Origin: Octopus vulgaris
Taxonomy: Eukaryota
Reading direction: 5' to 3'
Assembly: GCA_951406725.2 (NCBI GenBank)
Contig: OX597821.1
Location: 50,654,001-50,718,000 of the forward strand
DNA length: 64,000 bases
The notes beneath the pieces are model-generated. The model did no database searches, was not told the origin of the DNA, and was given only the letters and a program-made list of their open reading frames with translations. Positions 27,901 to 41,255 of this stretch are shown in pieces. Made by a program: the position numbers and the translations under genes. The stretch's first letter is position 1; each line of letters begins with the position of its first letter.

Positions 27901-28010
27901 AAAGTTCAACTTTCATTGATTTGCTTTTTGGAGATCATGAACTCCATGTATATGTTGGGAATCTACCACCCTATTAATTATATCCATCTGTATCCGTATT
28001 CTATTGACAA
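24940..28010 (-). mobile_element. Decayed R4/Dong-type non-LTR retrotransposon, interrupted by a CR1 fragment
   Basis: WKAAEPNGVQGYWIKTLTECHKRIAEQF and [24 protein letters not shown] at ~27050-27300; restriction-like endonuclease remnants at ~24950-25140. Confidence 0.7.
25240..26026 (+). mobile_element. CR1-clade LINE 3' fragment (same family as 13905-14838)
   Basis: Closely similar ORF end, 3' UTR and (TAAC)n tail. Confidence 0.9.
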
Positions 28011-28508
28011 AAAATGCATTATGATTATTATTATTATTAAAAGGTGATCTAAGGTAGTAAGCTGGTAGATTCATTACCGCGTCTGGCAAAATGCTTAGCA
28101 ACATTTCGTCCCTCTCTAGTTCTGAGTTCAAATTCCGCCGAGATCAACTTTGCCTTTCATCCTTTCGGGGTGAATAAAATAAGTTTCAGTAGATCCCTGG
28201 GGTCGATGTAATCGACTAACCCCTCTCCAGAAATTGTTGGCCTTGTACCAAAATTTGAAATCATTATTTAAAGGCGGCGAGCTGGTAGAAACGTTAGCAC
28301 GCCGAGCGAAATGCGTAGCCGTATTTCGTCTGTCGTTACGTTCCGAGTTCAAATTCCGCCGAGGTCGACTTTGCCTTTCATCCTTTCGGGGTCAATAAAT
28401 TAAGTACCAGTTACGCACTGGGGTCGATGTAATCGACTTAAATCCCTTTGTCTGTCCTTATTTGTCCCCTCTGTGTTTAGCCCCTTGTGGGTAGTAAAGA
28501 AATATATT

Positions 28509-28692
28509 TAAAGGTGATCTTTATATCCAATTTAACATGGATGCTTTGTTAAAACAACGAATACTACGTTATTAACATTGAGAGATCCTCTCATATAGGT
28601 GTGTATGTGCTGTTATGCACCAAGCGCCATTAAGGATCTCTCTATGTTAATGATAAGTCATCCATACTAAATTGGATATAAAGATCAGCTTT
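28509..28692. repeat. Imperfect fold-back / MITE-like inverted repeat
   Basis: AAAGGTGATCTTTATATCCAATTTA..ATGGATG..TTAACAT.GAGAGATCCT pairs with AGGATCTCTCTATGTTAA..CATCCAT.CTAAATTGGATATAAAGATCAGCTTT. Confidence 0.75.
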
Positions 28693-28809
28693 TGGTCGCT
28701 AATAATTGCTTTCGTCGCTAATAATTAATTAATTAATTACTTATTATTTCATTTGCGCACAACAAATTAGACTGTTGGAAAAATTCTTAACATCGGGCTA
28801 CAAGAAGTA

Positions 28810-29078
28810 ACCTTAAATGCCAAGAACCTTCCTAAGTATCTTCGCTGTCCCTGATTCTGGAGCTTTATGCCTATTTCCTCTATCCATCTGCTCCAGTTTT
28901 TAGAAATAGTTCCTAATTCACCTGTCCCTGCAGGGATACATTTTACCTACATTTTCTCTAGTCTCAGTGACTCAATGGCTAGGTCCTGATACTTTGCCGC
29001 TTTCTTTATACGCTCATATTGATGTTCTCATCATTTGGGACTGTAGAGTTATTACCATGTACTTTCTATTTTTTTTGT

Positions 29079-29132
<54 letters not shown>

Positions 29133-29690
29133 GTAAATCACGCTCTCTAGATTCTATATACTGTCAGAGAGTTAAAATTCCACATCTTATATTTACTACT
29201 TTCTAGCACTTTACTTGGTTCATGTTCATGCCACTTACCAGTATGGTCAAATTCTAGCTTTCTACGTAACTCCCAGGGGATTATTCTTTCTAGGTTGTCA
29301 TGTTTTTTCTTGTATTCTTTCTGTGCCACCATACTACACTCACTAAGTATATGAGCAACAAATTCTTCTTTTGATTTATGTAACCTACATTAGCAACCTG
29401 CCTGGTTTTTATTTAGTTAGTCCCCAATGCCTAATCTTGTGCTACTATCAGGCTTATTGTCTCCTTTTCAGCCTCCCTTTTTGCAACTACAACCATCTCT
29501 CACTATACTATTTTCTCCAATTATCTTTGGAAATCTACCAAGGAAAGTCTTCTCCTGCCAGTCAAATAATCTTGCTCTTTTTTCTGACTTTAACTACATT
29601 TGGTTTTTGGTTTCCCTATCTCTTGCTGTTACACTAACGGCTCCTGATAAAATTTCCTCCCTATTACCTCATCCTCCTGTTCGTCATCGC
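28810..29690 (-). mobile_element. R4/Dong-type LINE 3' fragment
   Basis: AQKEYKKKHDNLERIIPWEL...KWHEHEPSKVLE and terminal GTAKILRKVL. Confidence 0.72.
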
Positions 29691-29738
29691 CGTTCTTCTT
29701 CTTCTTCTTCTTCTTCTTCTTCTTCTTCTTCTTCTTCT

Positions 29739-29769
<31 letters not shown>

Positions 29770-30322
29770 TTTCTTCTTCTGGAGGGTTAGGGATAACAAG
29801 TCTATTTAAAATCTCATGAATCTTTCTGAGGATTCTTGAAGAATATAGGAATTGCACTTTTCTATATAGGTTGATAATGAAAATATAATCCTGCTTTGCC
29901 TTCTCCTCACCACTCGTCATCGTCGTCATCATCATCATCGTCGTCGTCATTGTTATCGTCATCATCGTCGTTGTCGTCATCATCATCATCATCATCAAAG
30001 CTGTTTCTTTGCGATCGCTTTAGAAATAGCAGTCAAATTTCCCACGATCCATGCAGTAGTATGTTAAAATAGAAAGGTCAAATTGGATAATGTAGGCCTA
30101 GATACACATCCTAAAACATAGGATTCCACGGCTTCTCGGGTTCGTTTAGTCAGGTCTAGCCTAGGACTATACAACAGTAACAACAACTGCAATATGATCA
30201 GTATAATTCAAATTGTAACCTAAGTTTTTTTTTCTCTTATACAGGTCAGGATGCTAAAATATGTTTCGGAACAATAGTTCAAGTTAATTCGAATCATACT
30301 CATTGACGCCATCCCAGTCACA

Positions 30323-31028
30323 ATGGATTGGTTATGGCGCAGTTGCCATAAAATGAAACTCAACATATTTTTCTTTATTATATTTTGTTTTCACAAATGT
30401 CTGTCGAAAACAGAAGTTCAAATTGCCTCCATACTCCCTCGGAACAATACTTTTTTATTTTCCATTGACCGAATGAAACCAGCCTTAGAACTGGGCATCG
30501 AAGCGCTGATGCGGGATACATATCTAAAAAAGCATTTTAACTTTACCGTGATATTTGCTGACTCAGGCTGTTCTATTGCCACAGCAATGAATCAAGCGAT
30601 AGACATTTACATGAACAGATCTGTAAATGTCTTCTTTGGCCCTGCTTGTAATTATGCAGTTGCACCAATTGCTCGCCAAGTAAAATTCTGGAATACACCC
30701 CTAGTAAGTATTGGTGCTACGGCCAGGGATTTTTCCGAGTCCAGAAAAACATTATACCCCTTACTCACCCGGGTCGGTCCCGCTAACTTGAATTATCTTC
30801 CCAGCTTCATTGCGTACACCATGGATTACTATAAATGGAAAAAGTTAAAGTTGCTTTATTATCGGGATGGTTTCGATTCAATTTCTACACAATTTTGTAA
30901 GTTAGTTACGGAAACTCTTCACTACGAAATAAAAAACTTTGTTAACGACACAAAAACGGATCATTACAAAATGGACGACAAAAATATTTCGGAAACACTC
31001 AGGAGTGAAATTGGAAACGAATACGCAG
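30323..31028 (+). CDS. First coding exon of a natriuretic peptide receptor / receptor guanylyl cyclase-like gene (signal peptide + ANF-receptor ligand-binding domain); exon 30245-31028
   Basis: Hydrophobic N-terminus; IASILP, PALELGI, ADSGCS, VFFGPACNYAVAPIAR..FWNTPLVSIGA, YPLLTRVGP and YYKWKK motifs. Acceptor polyT-ACAG ends at 30244; donor CAG|GTAAGT at 31028/31029. No downstream exon recognised. Confidence 0.92.
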
Positions 31029-31190
31029 GTAAGTAAGCGAATTTCATTGTTATTGTGTATTTGTTATATTTCTCTTATTGTCCAAGATAGTAAACTTTGC
31101 TTAGAGTTAATTCATAAACTGAATTTTGCCATCATACACACAGACGCGCGTGCGCGCACACACACACGTACCTATATGTACATATATATA

Positions 31191-31571
31191 CAGGTCGTCG
31201 CCGACTTACGACAACAGTTGGTTCCGACTGGCTGGTCGTAAGTCGATTTGGTCATAAGTCGGCCTATAGGCCTATATAGCTTTGTTTTATATTTTTTACA
31301 TTTCGGAGTCTCAAACATTCGTCTTATAAACAAATATGAGGTTGCCTCAATGTCTCCGCGACAGGATAGTCATGCAACACAGTAGCGATCAATAACCAAA
31401 TCTAGGGGAAGCGTTTGTTAGCTGACATCATCCATAGACGGGTTAATTTCTAAGATATTAAGCCCATTAGATTTCAACTAGATTATTTATTATTGCTGCC
31501 GGGAGCTGGCGCGCCAATCGTCGTAAAGTCGATTGGTCGTAAGTCGGATAGCTCGTAAGTCAACGACGACT

Positions 31572-31573
<2 letters not shown>
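31191..31573. mobile_element. Tigger/pogo-like MITE
   Basis: TA-CAGGTCGTCGCCGACTTACGA ... TCGTAAGTCAACGACGACTTC-TA imperfect TIRs with internal GTCGTAAGTC repeats. Confidence 0.75.
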
Positions 31574-31648
<75 letters not shown>

Positions 31649-31654
31649 GTGTGA

Positions 31655-31720
<66 letters not shown>

Positions 31721-31722
<2 letters not shown>

Positions 31723-32108
31723 CCACATTCAAATGGCTAATGTCCCTTATGTTATGGAGCAGTTACTGTCTATATCTCGTTTAGAGAAGTATTATTGCTG
31801 TCGAACAGATTTTCGAAATCAGTAAATGTATTTACGTGAAAATCTATATATAAATATCCTGCACAGGAAGTTGTTCATCGAGGAGCGGTGCCTGCCATGC
31901 GTTGATGATAGGCAAATACCTTGAAACCTGGGTCCGTATGTGGCATCCGCTTCTTCGGGGAATGATCTCCCTTTGCAGGATAGAGGACACCGTGATGGTG
32001 TCAGCCTATCTGGTGACGTTGATGATCTCCTGGGGCTAAATGCATCAGTAACACCCCCACCGCCCTGCCCTGTCCCTAGCCACATTCAAATGGCTAATGT
32101 CCCTTATG

Positions 32109-32111
<3 letters not shown>
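31721..32111 (+). mobile_element. 357-nt hammerhead-bearing unit with ~34-nt terminal direct repeat, within (TA)n
   Basis: AGCCACATTCAAATGGCTAATGTCCCTTATGTTA at 31721 and 32078. Confidence 0.85.
31893..31945 (+). ncRNA. Type I hammerhead ribozyme motif (U3.G8)
   Basis: TGCCATGCG-TTGATGA-T-AGG-CAAATA-CCT-T-GAAAC-CTGG-GTC^-CGTATGTGGCA. Confidence 0.68.
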
Positions 32112-32147
<36 letters not shown>

Positions 32148-32461
32148 TAGATACATACATACATACATACATATATGTACATACTTACATATATATGTAT
32201 ATACATATGCATATAGGGGCACGTCACAGAACGTAAACAACATGAAATACGAAAACGTGGAATACAAACTTTTTTTGCGAACAACGAAAGAAAGAAATGG
32301 AAAACAAGACAAGCTACATAAAGAACGACCTTTCACCAGTTGTCGGCTGTTTTCTACTTCGTATTTCGAGCAATTCACGACAAGATACGCCTTCGACAAA
32401 ACATTTGCTCCCGTAAAGCAAATAAAATTTAGTATTTTTGCGGAAGCTCAAAGTTGGTAAC

Positions 32462-32574
32462 TGTTGTGTGGACACCTCCAGACGATGAAGTAGGCTAGCC
32501 CAATACGTAGATATAGAGGGAGAAGTCTAGACGTCGAGAGTTAAGTAGAGGTCATCGGAACGTGCAATATAACA
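32462..32574 (+). mobile_element. Short 5' LTR (113 bp) of the Gypsy element
   Basis: TGTT...AACA termini, immediately followed by the PBS-like GGCGACGAGGAT (complementary to the tRNA-Ser(GCU) 3' end). Confidence 0.7.
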
Positions 32575-32603
32575 GGGGCGACGAGGATTCGAATAGTACT
32601 GAA

Positions 32604-35600
32604 ATGGAAGAGTTACTGAAAGCAGTTGTAAAACAACAAGAGCAGCAGCAGCAGCAGCAACTACAGAAGTTAAAAGAATTGTTACTGCAGTCGAGAAATA
32701 CGACAGAATAATTTTCAGCAGATGGTGTTGCAAATTCCATTGAAGAATTTCACTACAATCCGGATGAAGGAACTACTTTTGCTGCATATTATAGACAATA
32801 CGAAGACATATTCCGAGAGAAATGCAAGGGATGGTCTAGTGAAAGGAAGGTAAGGCTCCTTTTGCGGAAGCTTGCTACTCCGGAACACGAAAGTTTTTGT
32901 AACTTTATTTTGTCGATAAAGCCCGCGGAATTGTGTTTTGATGAAACGATAAATATTTTGACTAATATTTTTAGCGAGAAAAGTTCGCAGTTTAACATTC
33001 GATGGGAATGTTTAAATTTAAAGACAAACGAGTCCGATGGTTTTGTAACTTGTGCCGGTATGGTTAATAAGGCTTGCGAAAGGTTTAAGCTGGAAGAATT
33101 AACGTCAGATATGTTCAAGTGCCTAATATTCGTTAAAGGGCTAGTGGCAACGGAAGACGCGGAAATTAGAAAAAGAATATTATCAAAGTTGAATCAAGAT
33201 GTGAAACTCACTTTGAGAAAATGGCTGAGGAATGCCAACAAATAATAAACCTTCGAGATGATACAAGAAAGACAGAAGACAAGAATAATAATGTACAAAT
33301 GTGTAAAGAAATTACAGAAAGAAGGAAAAATTTAAATTCAAAACGGTGCTATGGTTGCGGAGATCGACATCTGAGGAAAGATTGTCCCTTTAAAGATAAA
33401 ACCTGTTTTAAGTGTGGTAAAATTGATGGGACATATACAGACGAAATGCCGGTCAAAGAAAATGGTAAAACAGAAGAAAGTCTACTCAACAAAAGTAAAT
33501 TATACCAGACAAAACCGAAAATTTGTGTTGGTAGAAATAAATGGGTTTCAGACGAAAATGCAATTGGATACTGGTTCAAACGTAACGATAATAAATACGG
33601 CAACATGGAGTAAGATAGGCAGGCCGTTGTATAAAAAAAAAAAACTACTAGGATAGCCCACGGTGTGTAAGGGGAACGAGTTCAATTCTTGGGCGAAATT
33701 TCACCAGAAATAAAACTTAAAAACAAGACGCGGAAATGTAAACTAATGGTATCTAAGAATACAATGAATGTGTTCAGGACAGAATTAATGGAAGGATTCG
33801 ACCTGTGGGATCTATCACTGAATTGATTATGTAACAAGGTGAATGCGTCACAGTCTGTGTCAGAGAAAGCATCACAAAAAATGAAATTAAAATTGAAAAA
33901 GATGTACTCTGATATTTTTTCGAAAGAGATCGTTTTGTGTAAAAAAATTAAAGTAAAGTTTGAGTTGAAAGAAAATGCGGTGCCGGTGTTCAAACCGAAA
34001 AGGAATGTACCTTTTGCGGCGTTAAATCAAGTTGAGAAGGAATTAAAAAGATTGGAAGACATGGAAGTAATTGCAAAAATAGGCTCCTCTGAGTGGGCGG
34101 CTCCTACGGTATATATAAAAAGGAACAACAACGAGGTAAGAGTATGTGCGGACTTCTCAACTGGTTTTAATGATTGTTAAAAAAATTACAAATATCCACT
34201 TCCAAACCCAAAAGAAATATTTGCCAAGTGCAATGGAAGGAAATTTTTTTCCAAGCTGCACTTGTCAGAGGCCTACCTCCAATTACTGGTAGATGAAGAA
34301 TGTGCTAAGTATTAACAATCAATACTCATAAAGGTCTGTACCATTTCAAAAGACTGCCATTTGGGGTAAAGGTCGCACCAGCAATATTTCAGCAAGTGAT
34401 GGATATTATGCTAGCAGACTGTGAGTTCGCGGTCCCATACTTGGATGATATATTGATCAAAAGTGAATCAAGGGACCAACATATTGAACATATAGAATAT
34501 GTGATTACGGGTTCAAAGTAAAGGAGGATAAATGTGAATTTTTCTTGACAAAAATTAAGTACTTAGGACAGGTGATCGATGAAAACAGAGGAAAACCGGA
34601 CCCTTCTAGGATCGACGCGATAAAAACAATGCCTGCTCCCACTAACAAAACAACACTACAAGCATTTCTAGGTTTGGTAAGTAATTACCAGTTGTACATA
34701 CCTAAAATGTATGAGCTAAGAGCTCAGTTGAATAAGTTGCTAAAGAAAGACTCGAAATGGAGCTGGACAAACGAATATCAGAAATAATTCAAGGAATTAA
34801 AAAAAGCGGTTAACATCAGAGTTATCATTAACTCATTTCGACCCAAATCTGAAAATAATTGTAGCATCGGATGCCTGTGAATATGGTATAGGAACTGTGA
34901 TATTGCATAAATTTAATGATGGTAAAATCAAAGCTATTGCACATGCATCGGGAGTTCTATTACCAGCAGAAAGAAACTACAGCCAGATTGTAAAAGAGGC
35001 GTTATCATTAATCTTCGCAGTAAAAAAAAAATCCATAAATTCTTACATGGAAGGAAGTTAACACTTCAGACGGATCGCCGACCGTTATTGTCTATTTTTG
35101 GTTCGAAAAAGGGTATCCCAACGCACTCAGCAAACCGCTTACAGCGCTGGGGGACTACTCTGTTGAACTACGATTTCCAGATGGAGTTTTTGCAATCAAT
35201 GAAAATGGGACACGCAGACGGGTTGTCTAGGCTAATTCCAAAATATGAGAAACCTTTTGAAGACACGGTGATTGCATCGTTAAAACTAGAAATGGAGCTG
35301 AAGAACATTTTGTGCAATGTAGTACGTGATTTGCTGGTAACGCTGGAAGCAATTAAATTGAAATGATAGGTTCATAAATAAGATTTTTAAAATGTTGTGT
35401 AACACGAAAAATATTAATGAGCGGGACGCAGGTTCAAAGCACTATTCAGTATGTGATGCAGTATTATTATGCACAAAGAGTGGTAATACCTGAAGCACTG
35501 CGAAACAGTATTAAAAGACTTTCATGTTGGACATCATGGGATTGTCCGGCGATTGTCCGGATGAAGAGCCTTATGAGAAGTTACGTTTATTGGCCGAATA

Positions 35601-35970
35601 TGGACAAGCAAATTGAGAGACTGGCAAAAGTGTAGGGGATGCGCTAGGCCAGCAAAGGAACCCCCTGTGCAGATTCAGCCGTGGCCAAAAACGGATTCGG
35701 CATGGTCTAGACTACATGTGAATTTCGCAGGACCAATAAATGGCTCTTATTATATCATTGTGGTGGATAGCTATTCCAAATGGCCTGAAGTGTGTAAATG
35801 TTCAAAGCCAAGCACAAGTGTGACTATCAACTTCTTGGAAGATACGATCGTGTCAGATAATGGTACACAATTCACGGCGAAGGATTTCGAAAGATTCTGT
35901 AAGTCGGTTCAGAAGAAGCATGTGTTAACTCCGCCATACCATCCAAGGTCAAATGAGTTAGCGGAAAGAT
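32604..35970 (+). pseudogene. Ty3/Gypsy (Mag/K02A2.6-like) gag-pol, frameshifted and 3'-truncated at a TA tract
   Basis: Gag with CYGCGDRHLRKDC and CFKCGK knuckles; protease LDTGS; RT SEWAAP, RLPFG, YLDD and KYLG; RNase H VASDAC and HADGLSRL; integrase [22 protein letters not shown] and PYHPRSN..AER. Confidence 0.95.
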
Positions 35971-36252
35971 TATATATATACATATATATATACACATATA
36001 TATATACAAATATATATACATATATATATACACATATATATATACATATATATATATACACATATATATATACAAATATATATACATATATATATACACA
36101 CATATATATACATATATATATATACACATATAGATATACACATATATATTTATATATATATATATATATACACATATATACATATATATATATATATACA
36201 TATATATAAATACATACATATATTACATATATATATATATATACATACACAT

Positions 36253-36294
<42 letters not shown>

Positions 36295-36300
36295 GCATAT

Positions 36301-36714
36301 ATGGGTACAGGACGTCACAAAACGTTAACAACATGAAATAAGAAAACAACATGAATTGCGAAATACGAAAACATGAAATACGAAGGCAAACCTGGGTATG
36401 TGAACAACGAAAGAAACAAATTGAAAACAAGACAAGTAACATAAGGAACTACCCTTCATCAGTTGTCGGCTGTTTATCTACTCCAAATTTCGAGCAATTT
36501 TCGACAATACGTGTCTTCGAGGAACCAAAATAAATTTTGGGATTGGTGGAGGGTCAAATTTGGTAACAAAAACAGAACATACTACAAAGCAAACGAAAAC
36601 AAACAGGGAGGGCCGTTATGTTACTTGTCTTTTTTTTCCATTTGTTTCTCATACCCAAGTTTGTCTTTGCATTTCATGTTATGTTGTTTACGTTTTGTAA
36701 CGTCCTGTACCCAT
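36301..36714. mobile_element. Fold-back element in (TA)n with ~100-150-bp imperfect inverted arms; related copies at 32215-32461 and ~50640-50965
   Basis: ATGGGTACAGGACGTCACAAAACG...CGTTTTGTAACGTCCTGTACCCAT; CTGATGA-containing segment between the arms. Confidence 0.75.
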
Positions 36715-37189
36715 ATATGCATATACATACATATATATACATAAGTACGTACATATATGTATGAACATATGCATATATATACTCTTTTACTCTTTTACCT
36801 GTTTCAGTCATTTGACTGCGGCCATGCTGGAGCACCGCCTTTACTCGACCGAATTGACCCCGAGACTTATTCTTTGTAAGCCCAGTACTTATTTTATCGG
36901 TCTTTTTTGCCGAACCGCTAAGTGACGGGGACGTAAACACACCAGCATCGGTTGTCAAGCAATGCTGGGGGGGTCAAACACAGACACACACACACATATA
37001 TATATATATACATATATACGACAGGTTTCTTTCAGTTTCCGTCTACAAAATCCACTCACAAAGCATTGGTCGGCCCGGGGCTATAGCAGAATACACTTGC
37101 CCAAGATGCCACGCAGTGGGACTGAACCCGGAACCATGTGGTTGGTTAGCAAGCTACTTACCACACAGCCACACCTGTATGAATAATAT

Positions 37190-37514
37190 ATTTCTAAATC
37201 TCTGAGAGATTTAGAAATCTATTATTTCTATTTTTGAAATTAGTGAATGTATTTCACTTGAATTATATGTTTACAGAGGAAGATAGGCATCGACAGCTAG
37301 CAAGCCATGCTATTCCAGACTGATGACGAGCAATGACTCAGAAACTAGTCTCTTAATGCTGGATTTACTGGATGGATGTGCTTATCTCCCCTTTTGTAAA
37401 GATAAGGACAGGAAATGTGTCATGGCCGACAGGAAGCGGTGCTTCCTAGGGCTAAATAGCAGTTGTATTCTTCCCTTTCATGGGACTGCCACATTAAGTT
37501 GACAACATACCACC

Positions 37515-37520
<6 letters not shown>
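37190..37520 (+). mobile_element. Further member of the ~360-nt hammerhead family, starting with a short fold-back
   Basis: ATTTCTAAATCTCT-G-AGAGATTTAGAAAT hairpin; then hammerhead, CTCCC, GGACA..TGTC, CCTAGGGCTAAA and GCCACATTAAGTTGAC; followed by (TA)n. Confidence 0.75.
37314..37363 (+). ncRNA. Type I hammerhead ribozyme motif
   Basis: TCCAGA-CTGATGA-C-GAG-CAATGA-CTC-A-GAAAC-TA-GTC^-TCT..GGA; palindromic ACTAGT stem III. Confidence 0.72.
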
Positions 37521-37558
<38 letters not shown>

Positions 37559-37611
37559 TTATTTATATTATTACACGATTGAACACCTCGTAAGTTTATC
37601 TATCTATCTAC

Positions 37612-37690
<79 letters not shown>

Positions 37691-37707
37691 CTTATCTGTC
37701 TATCTAC

Positions 37708-37788
<81 letters not shown>

Positions 37789-37789
37789 G

Positions 37790-38450
37790 GTTTTGTAGTT
37801 TAACCCAGCTTTCAATTATGGCTGTAAAAACAAATATAGGTAGGGAATTCTTAAAATTAGTCTCTTGACATTTTCAACCTGACCATTCAACCTGAATATT
37901 TAATAGAAGAACGCTTAAGATCAGCTATTCTTGCTGGGAAAACTTCGTCTCTTTTATTAACCTGCACAGCAGTAGGATAATTGCTAATAATCATAGTGCC
38001 GATTCTCTTTTTAAAAGTTGCAATTTCAAAGATGGAGCCTCCTGTCCGTTGGAAGGAAAATTTCTGGAAAAATAAATCGTGTATAGAGCCAAGGTGCAGA
38101 TAGAAGGCTCACGCGAATATAGAACTTATACAGGGGCTTCTGAAAATTCTTTTTCAACCCAATTTTATTCGCATAAAAATTCCTTCAGATACCCCGAAAA
38201 TAGGACGAAAACCAGCCTGGCAAAATATGTCTGGGAATTAAAAGAAAAAGAAGCTCGACCTTTCAACGTCATATGGAGTATTTTAGATAGAGCTGCACCT
38301 TACAGGCACGGTACTCATAAAAGACCCATCAAATGTGATTTATGCCTGCTGGAAAAATATTTTTTTTTTTCAAGGACAATAACTCCTTAAATCAAAGACG
38401 CAAACTCTTGAATTTCTGCAGATACGCAATTAAATTTAAAATGTCGGCTA
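37790..38450 (+). pseudogene. Penelope-like element 3' fragment (linker + GIY-YIG)
   Basis: NIGREFLKL..IFNRRTLKISYSC..CPLEGK..VYRAKV..TYTGASENSF..HKNSF..SLAKYVWELK..WSIL..CDLCLLEK. Confidence 0.85.
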
Positions 38451-38767
38451 GCAATATACCATATGGATAGAGTATATTTTTTTGAATCTTGGACTAGTTT
38501 TTAATCACACTGTTGGATTTTTTTCTTATTGTATTTCGCATCGCAAAGTTATTGTATATATTTCGACATACTTCTTAGAAAAAACCTTCGACTGTTATAT
38601 GCAATTATTATTTTCTTGTTTAAGATTCTACTTTTATTTTCTTTTCTTTCATTTTATTGTATTTTATAAACCCATTTGAATCATTTAATTTATAGATAAT
38701 TCTATTTTGCATGTCATTTATCCGAATTTTATTAGTATCCACTCAGCAATTTTTAGAAAGTGTTGTT

Positions 38768-38808
<41 letters not shown>

Positions 38809-39116
38809 GGACCTAGACATATTTTTATGTGAATGTTTGTATTGTTAGCATGCATATGTATTCGTATGTATGCGTCTATGCATGTGTGTATGTTTATACG
38901 TGTGCATATACATACATGGATGTATATGTATGTATGTATTCACTTATATTTGTGTGGATGTGTTATTTACAAATAACGGAAATATTTTATTTTGTTTTTT
39001 AAATGCTTATTTCTAATTAGTTTTTGTATATTTAAAATAAACGAAAGTGTAGATTACACTATATAACAATATTTTTATTATTTTTTGTCTCTGGTGAGTA
39101 AGTGTTACTTCCTATT

Positions 39117-39178
39117 TGCTTCTATTTAGAAGTCAAATGACTACCATTGCTTCTATTTAGAAGTCAAATGACTACCAT
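39117..39178. repeat. 31-bp tandem duplication
   Basis: TGCTTCTATTTAGAAGTCAAATGACTACCAT x2. Confidence 0.9.
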
Positions 39179-41187
39179 TCCCTTCAAACTCTTCTTTTGT
39201 GATCTGAACATCAATGTCTGGAAACTGACCTATTTTCCATTACATTTCAGACAGATTCAGTGCTGAGTTGCTGAAGTAGAAGTATCGTTATAGCAAATAT
39301 TCTCCTCAGCACAACAAATTTGCTTGTCACTTGCTTGAGCTTAATTAATCCTTTGAGCATGTCCCTTAGTGGTTCACAAGATGTGCATCTCTGATCATGA
39401 GCAGGAGTAATAGGGGAGTATCATAGTCATGTGTTGAGAAGGATTCTTTGCAGTTTCGATAAATGTAACAAAACCAAATTTTGAAAGAAATATTAGCCAT
39501 TTTTCATACTTTCTAGGAGTAAGCAAATAGGAAATAACAACTGCTACCCAAGGTCAAAGATCGTGTTACACAATATTATTTATTTCTTATTTACAATATA
39601 TATTTATTGATTCCTCTCATTTTACAGTAAACAGTTTATTTATCATATAGGACGGGGATCGGGGGACTGGCGTAAATTACTCCAAATGAGCTTCAAAATT
39701 TTTTTTACTCCATTTGGGGGTAATTTGAGTGCAATACATGTAGCACGAGAGAGACTTTTATTAGTACTCAGTCAGGTTTATTTAATCGTGAAACAAACTG
39801 GTGCTTTTATTACCTGACATATTGTGTTGATATTTTATTTGCATATTGTTTTCTTTTCTTCTCTTAGACAAATGCGGTGTTATTTACAAGTTTTTCATTG
39901 TTACCAATTTGCGTTATAAGTTTTCTAAATTCTGTCATTGTATTGAGTGCGAAATTATATTTTACGTAATAATTATTTAGCGACTGAAGCAGTATTAGTA
40001 CCAAAATTAAATCTTTATATCCGACTTAACGTAGATGTCTTGTTAGAAGGCTAAACACTGTGGTACTAAAATTGTATGGTTCTCTCATATAGGTGTTTGA
40101 CGCATGAAAGCACAAACGTATGTCATAGCAGACGAGAATCATCTGTTATGAGCGTCGAAACTGCAAGATTACGTGATGTCAGTCAACTGGACTTCTTCAG
40201 GCTTCGGTGACCGCTTTACAGCCAAAACTCACGGCCACGATTTACAGAAATTCAGTGTCTTTTCAGTCATTGATGTATATATTTTACATATATACAATTT
40301 AATATCAAGTGCGTTAAGGTTATGATGGAGTGTGAAACTTCTAGAGAATAATAGTTTTATTTTTAAAGTCTATAACATATATATATATATAATTGATAAA
40401 AAAAATGCTGTACTGATATCACACCTACACGGTATAAAAATAATATTTAGTTTTACATTTTGAATCGTACACTTTTAACTCTAAGAGTGGACTCATTATC
40501 ATTTAATAAAATACATGATGTTAAAATTCATGTAATTGTTATTTTCTATTTTATTATTAATAAATATCAGAATTTTTCAAAGCAATGTACGTTACGTAAA
40601 GCGAAAAACAGCATCTGCGTGACAGTTCATAAACGTGAGCAAAGAAAAAAATCAGCTATTATATTTAAATTCTTATCAATTAAAATTAGATAGCTATTAA
40701 TTTATTTTTACATAAATTCTATTTATGTAATTACTTTCAATTATTATATTAAATATTATAAAAGCGCATAAATTAAATTTCGCTGTTCAATTTGCTTTGA
40801 TACATCCCCTTCTTTATGCATACCCGATGTGACACAAACTGCACTGATTAATGCAACACAATTAGATGCACAATATCCTACCCATAATGGACAGTTTCAC
40901 GATGGGTCGAAACGATCGTCGTACTGAATAAAGACTAGTGCTTCATCAAATATGTGGCTGTGTGATAAGTAGCTTGATTACTAAGCACATGGTTCCGGGT
41001 TCAGTCCCACTGCATGGCACCTTGGGCCGACCAAAGCTTTGTGAGTAGATTTGGTAGACGAAAACTGAAAGAAGCCTGGCGTGTTAAAGACTTGTTTTAT
41101 TTATATTTCCTGAGCGCCATACTAATACAATTGTTTGTTTGTTTTCCACCTGCCTTCGTCTTTTGTCTATTTTCATAAAGCTTCCCG

Positions 41188-41255
<68 letters not shown>

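Noticed and set aside
31992-32024. SECIS-like GTGA..TGAT hairpin
   Set aside because: No apical AA, stem too short, and not conserved in other family members.
32215-36570. Related repeats at 32215 and 36301 as LTRs of the Gypsy element
   Set aside because: They are too diverged from each other, and a proper TG..CA LTR with PBS exists at 32462.
40160-40205. Minus-strand CTGAAGA-AGTC-loop-GACT-GACA
   Set aside because: GACA instead of GAAA and no stem I pairing.
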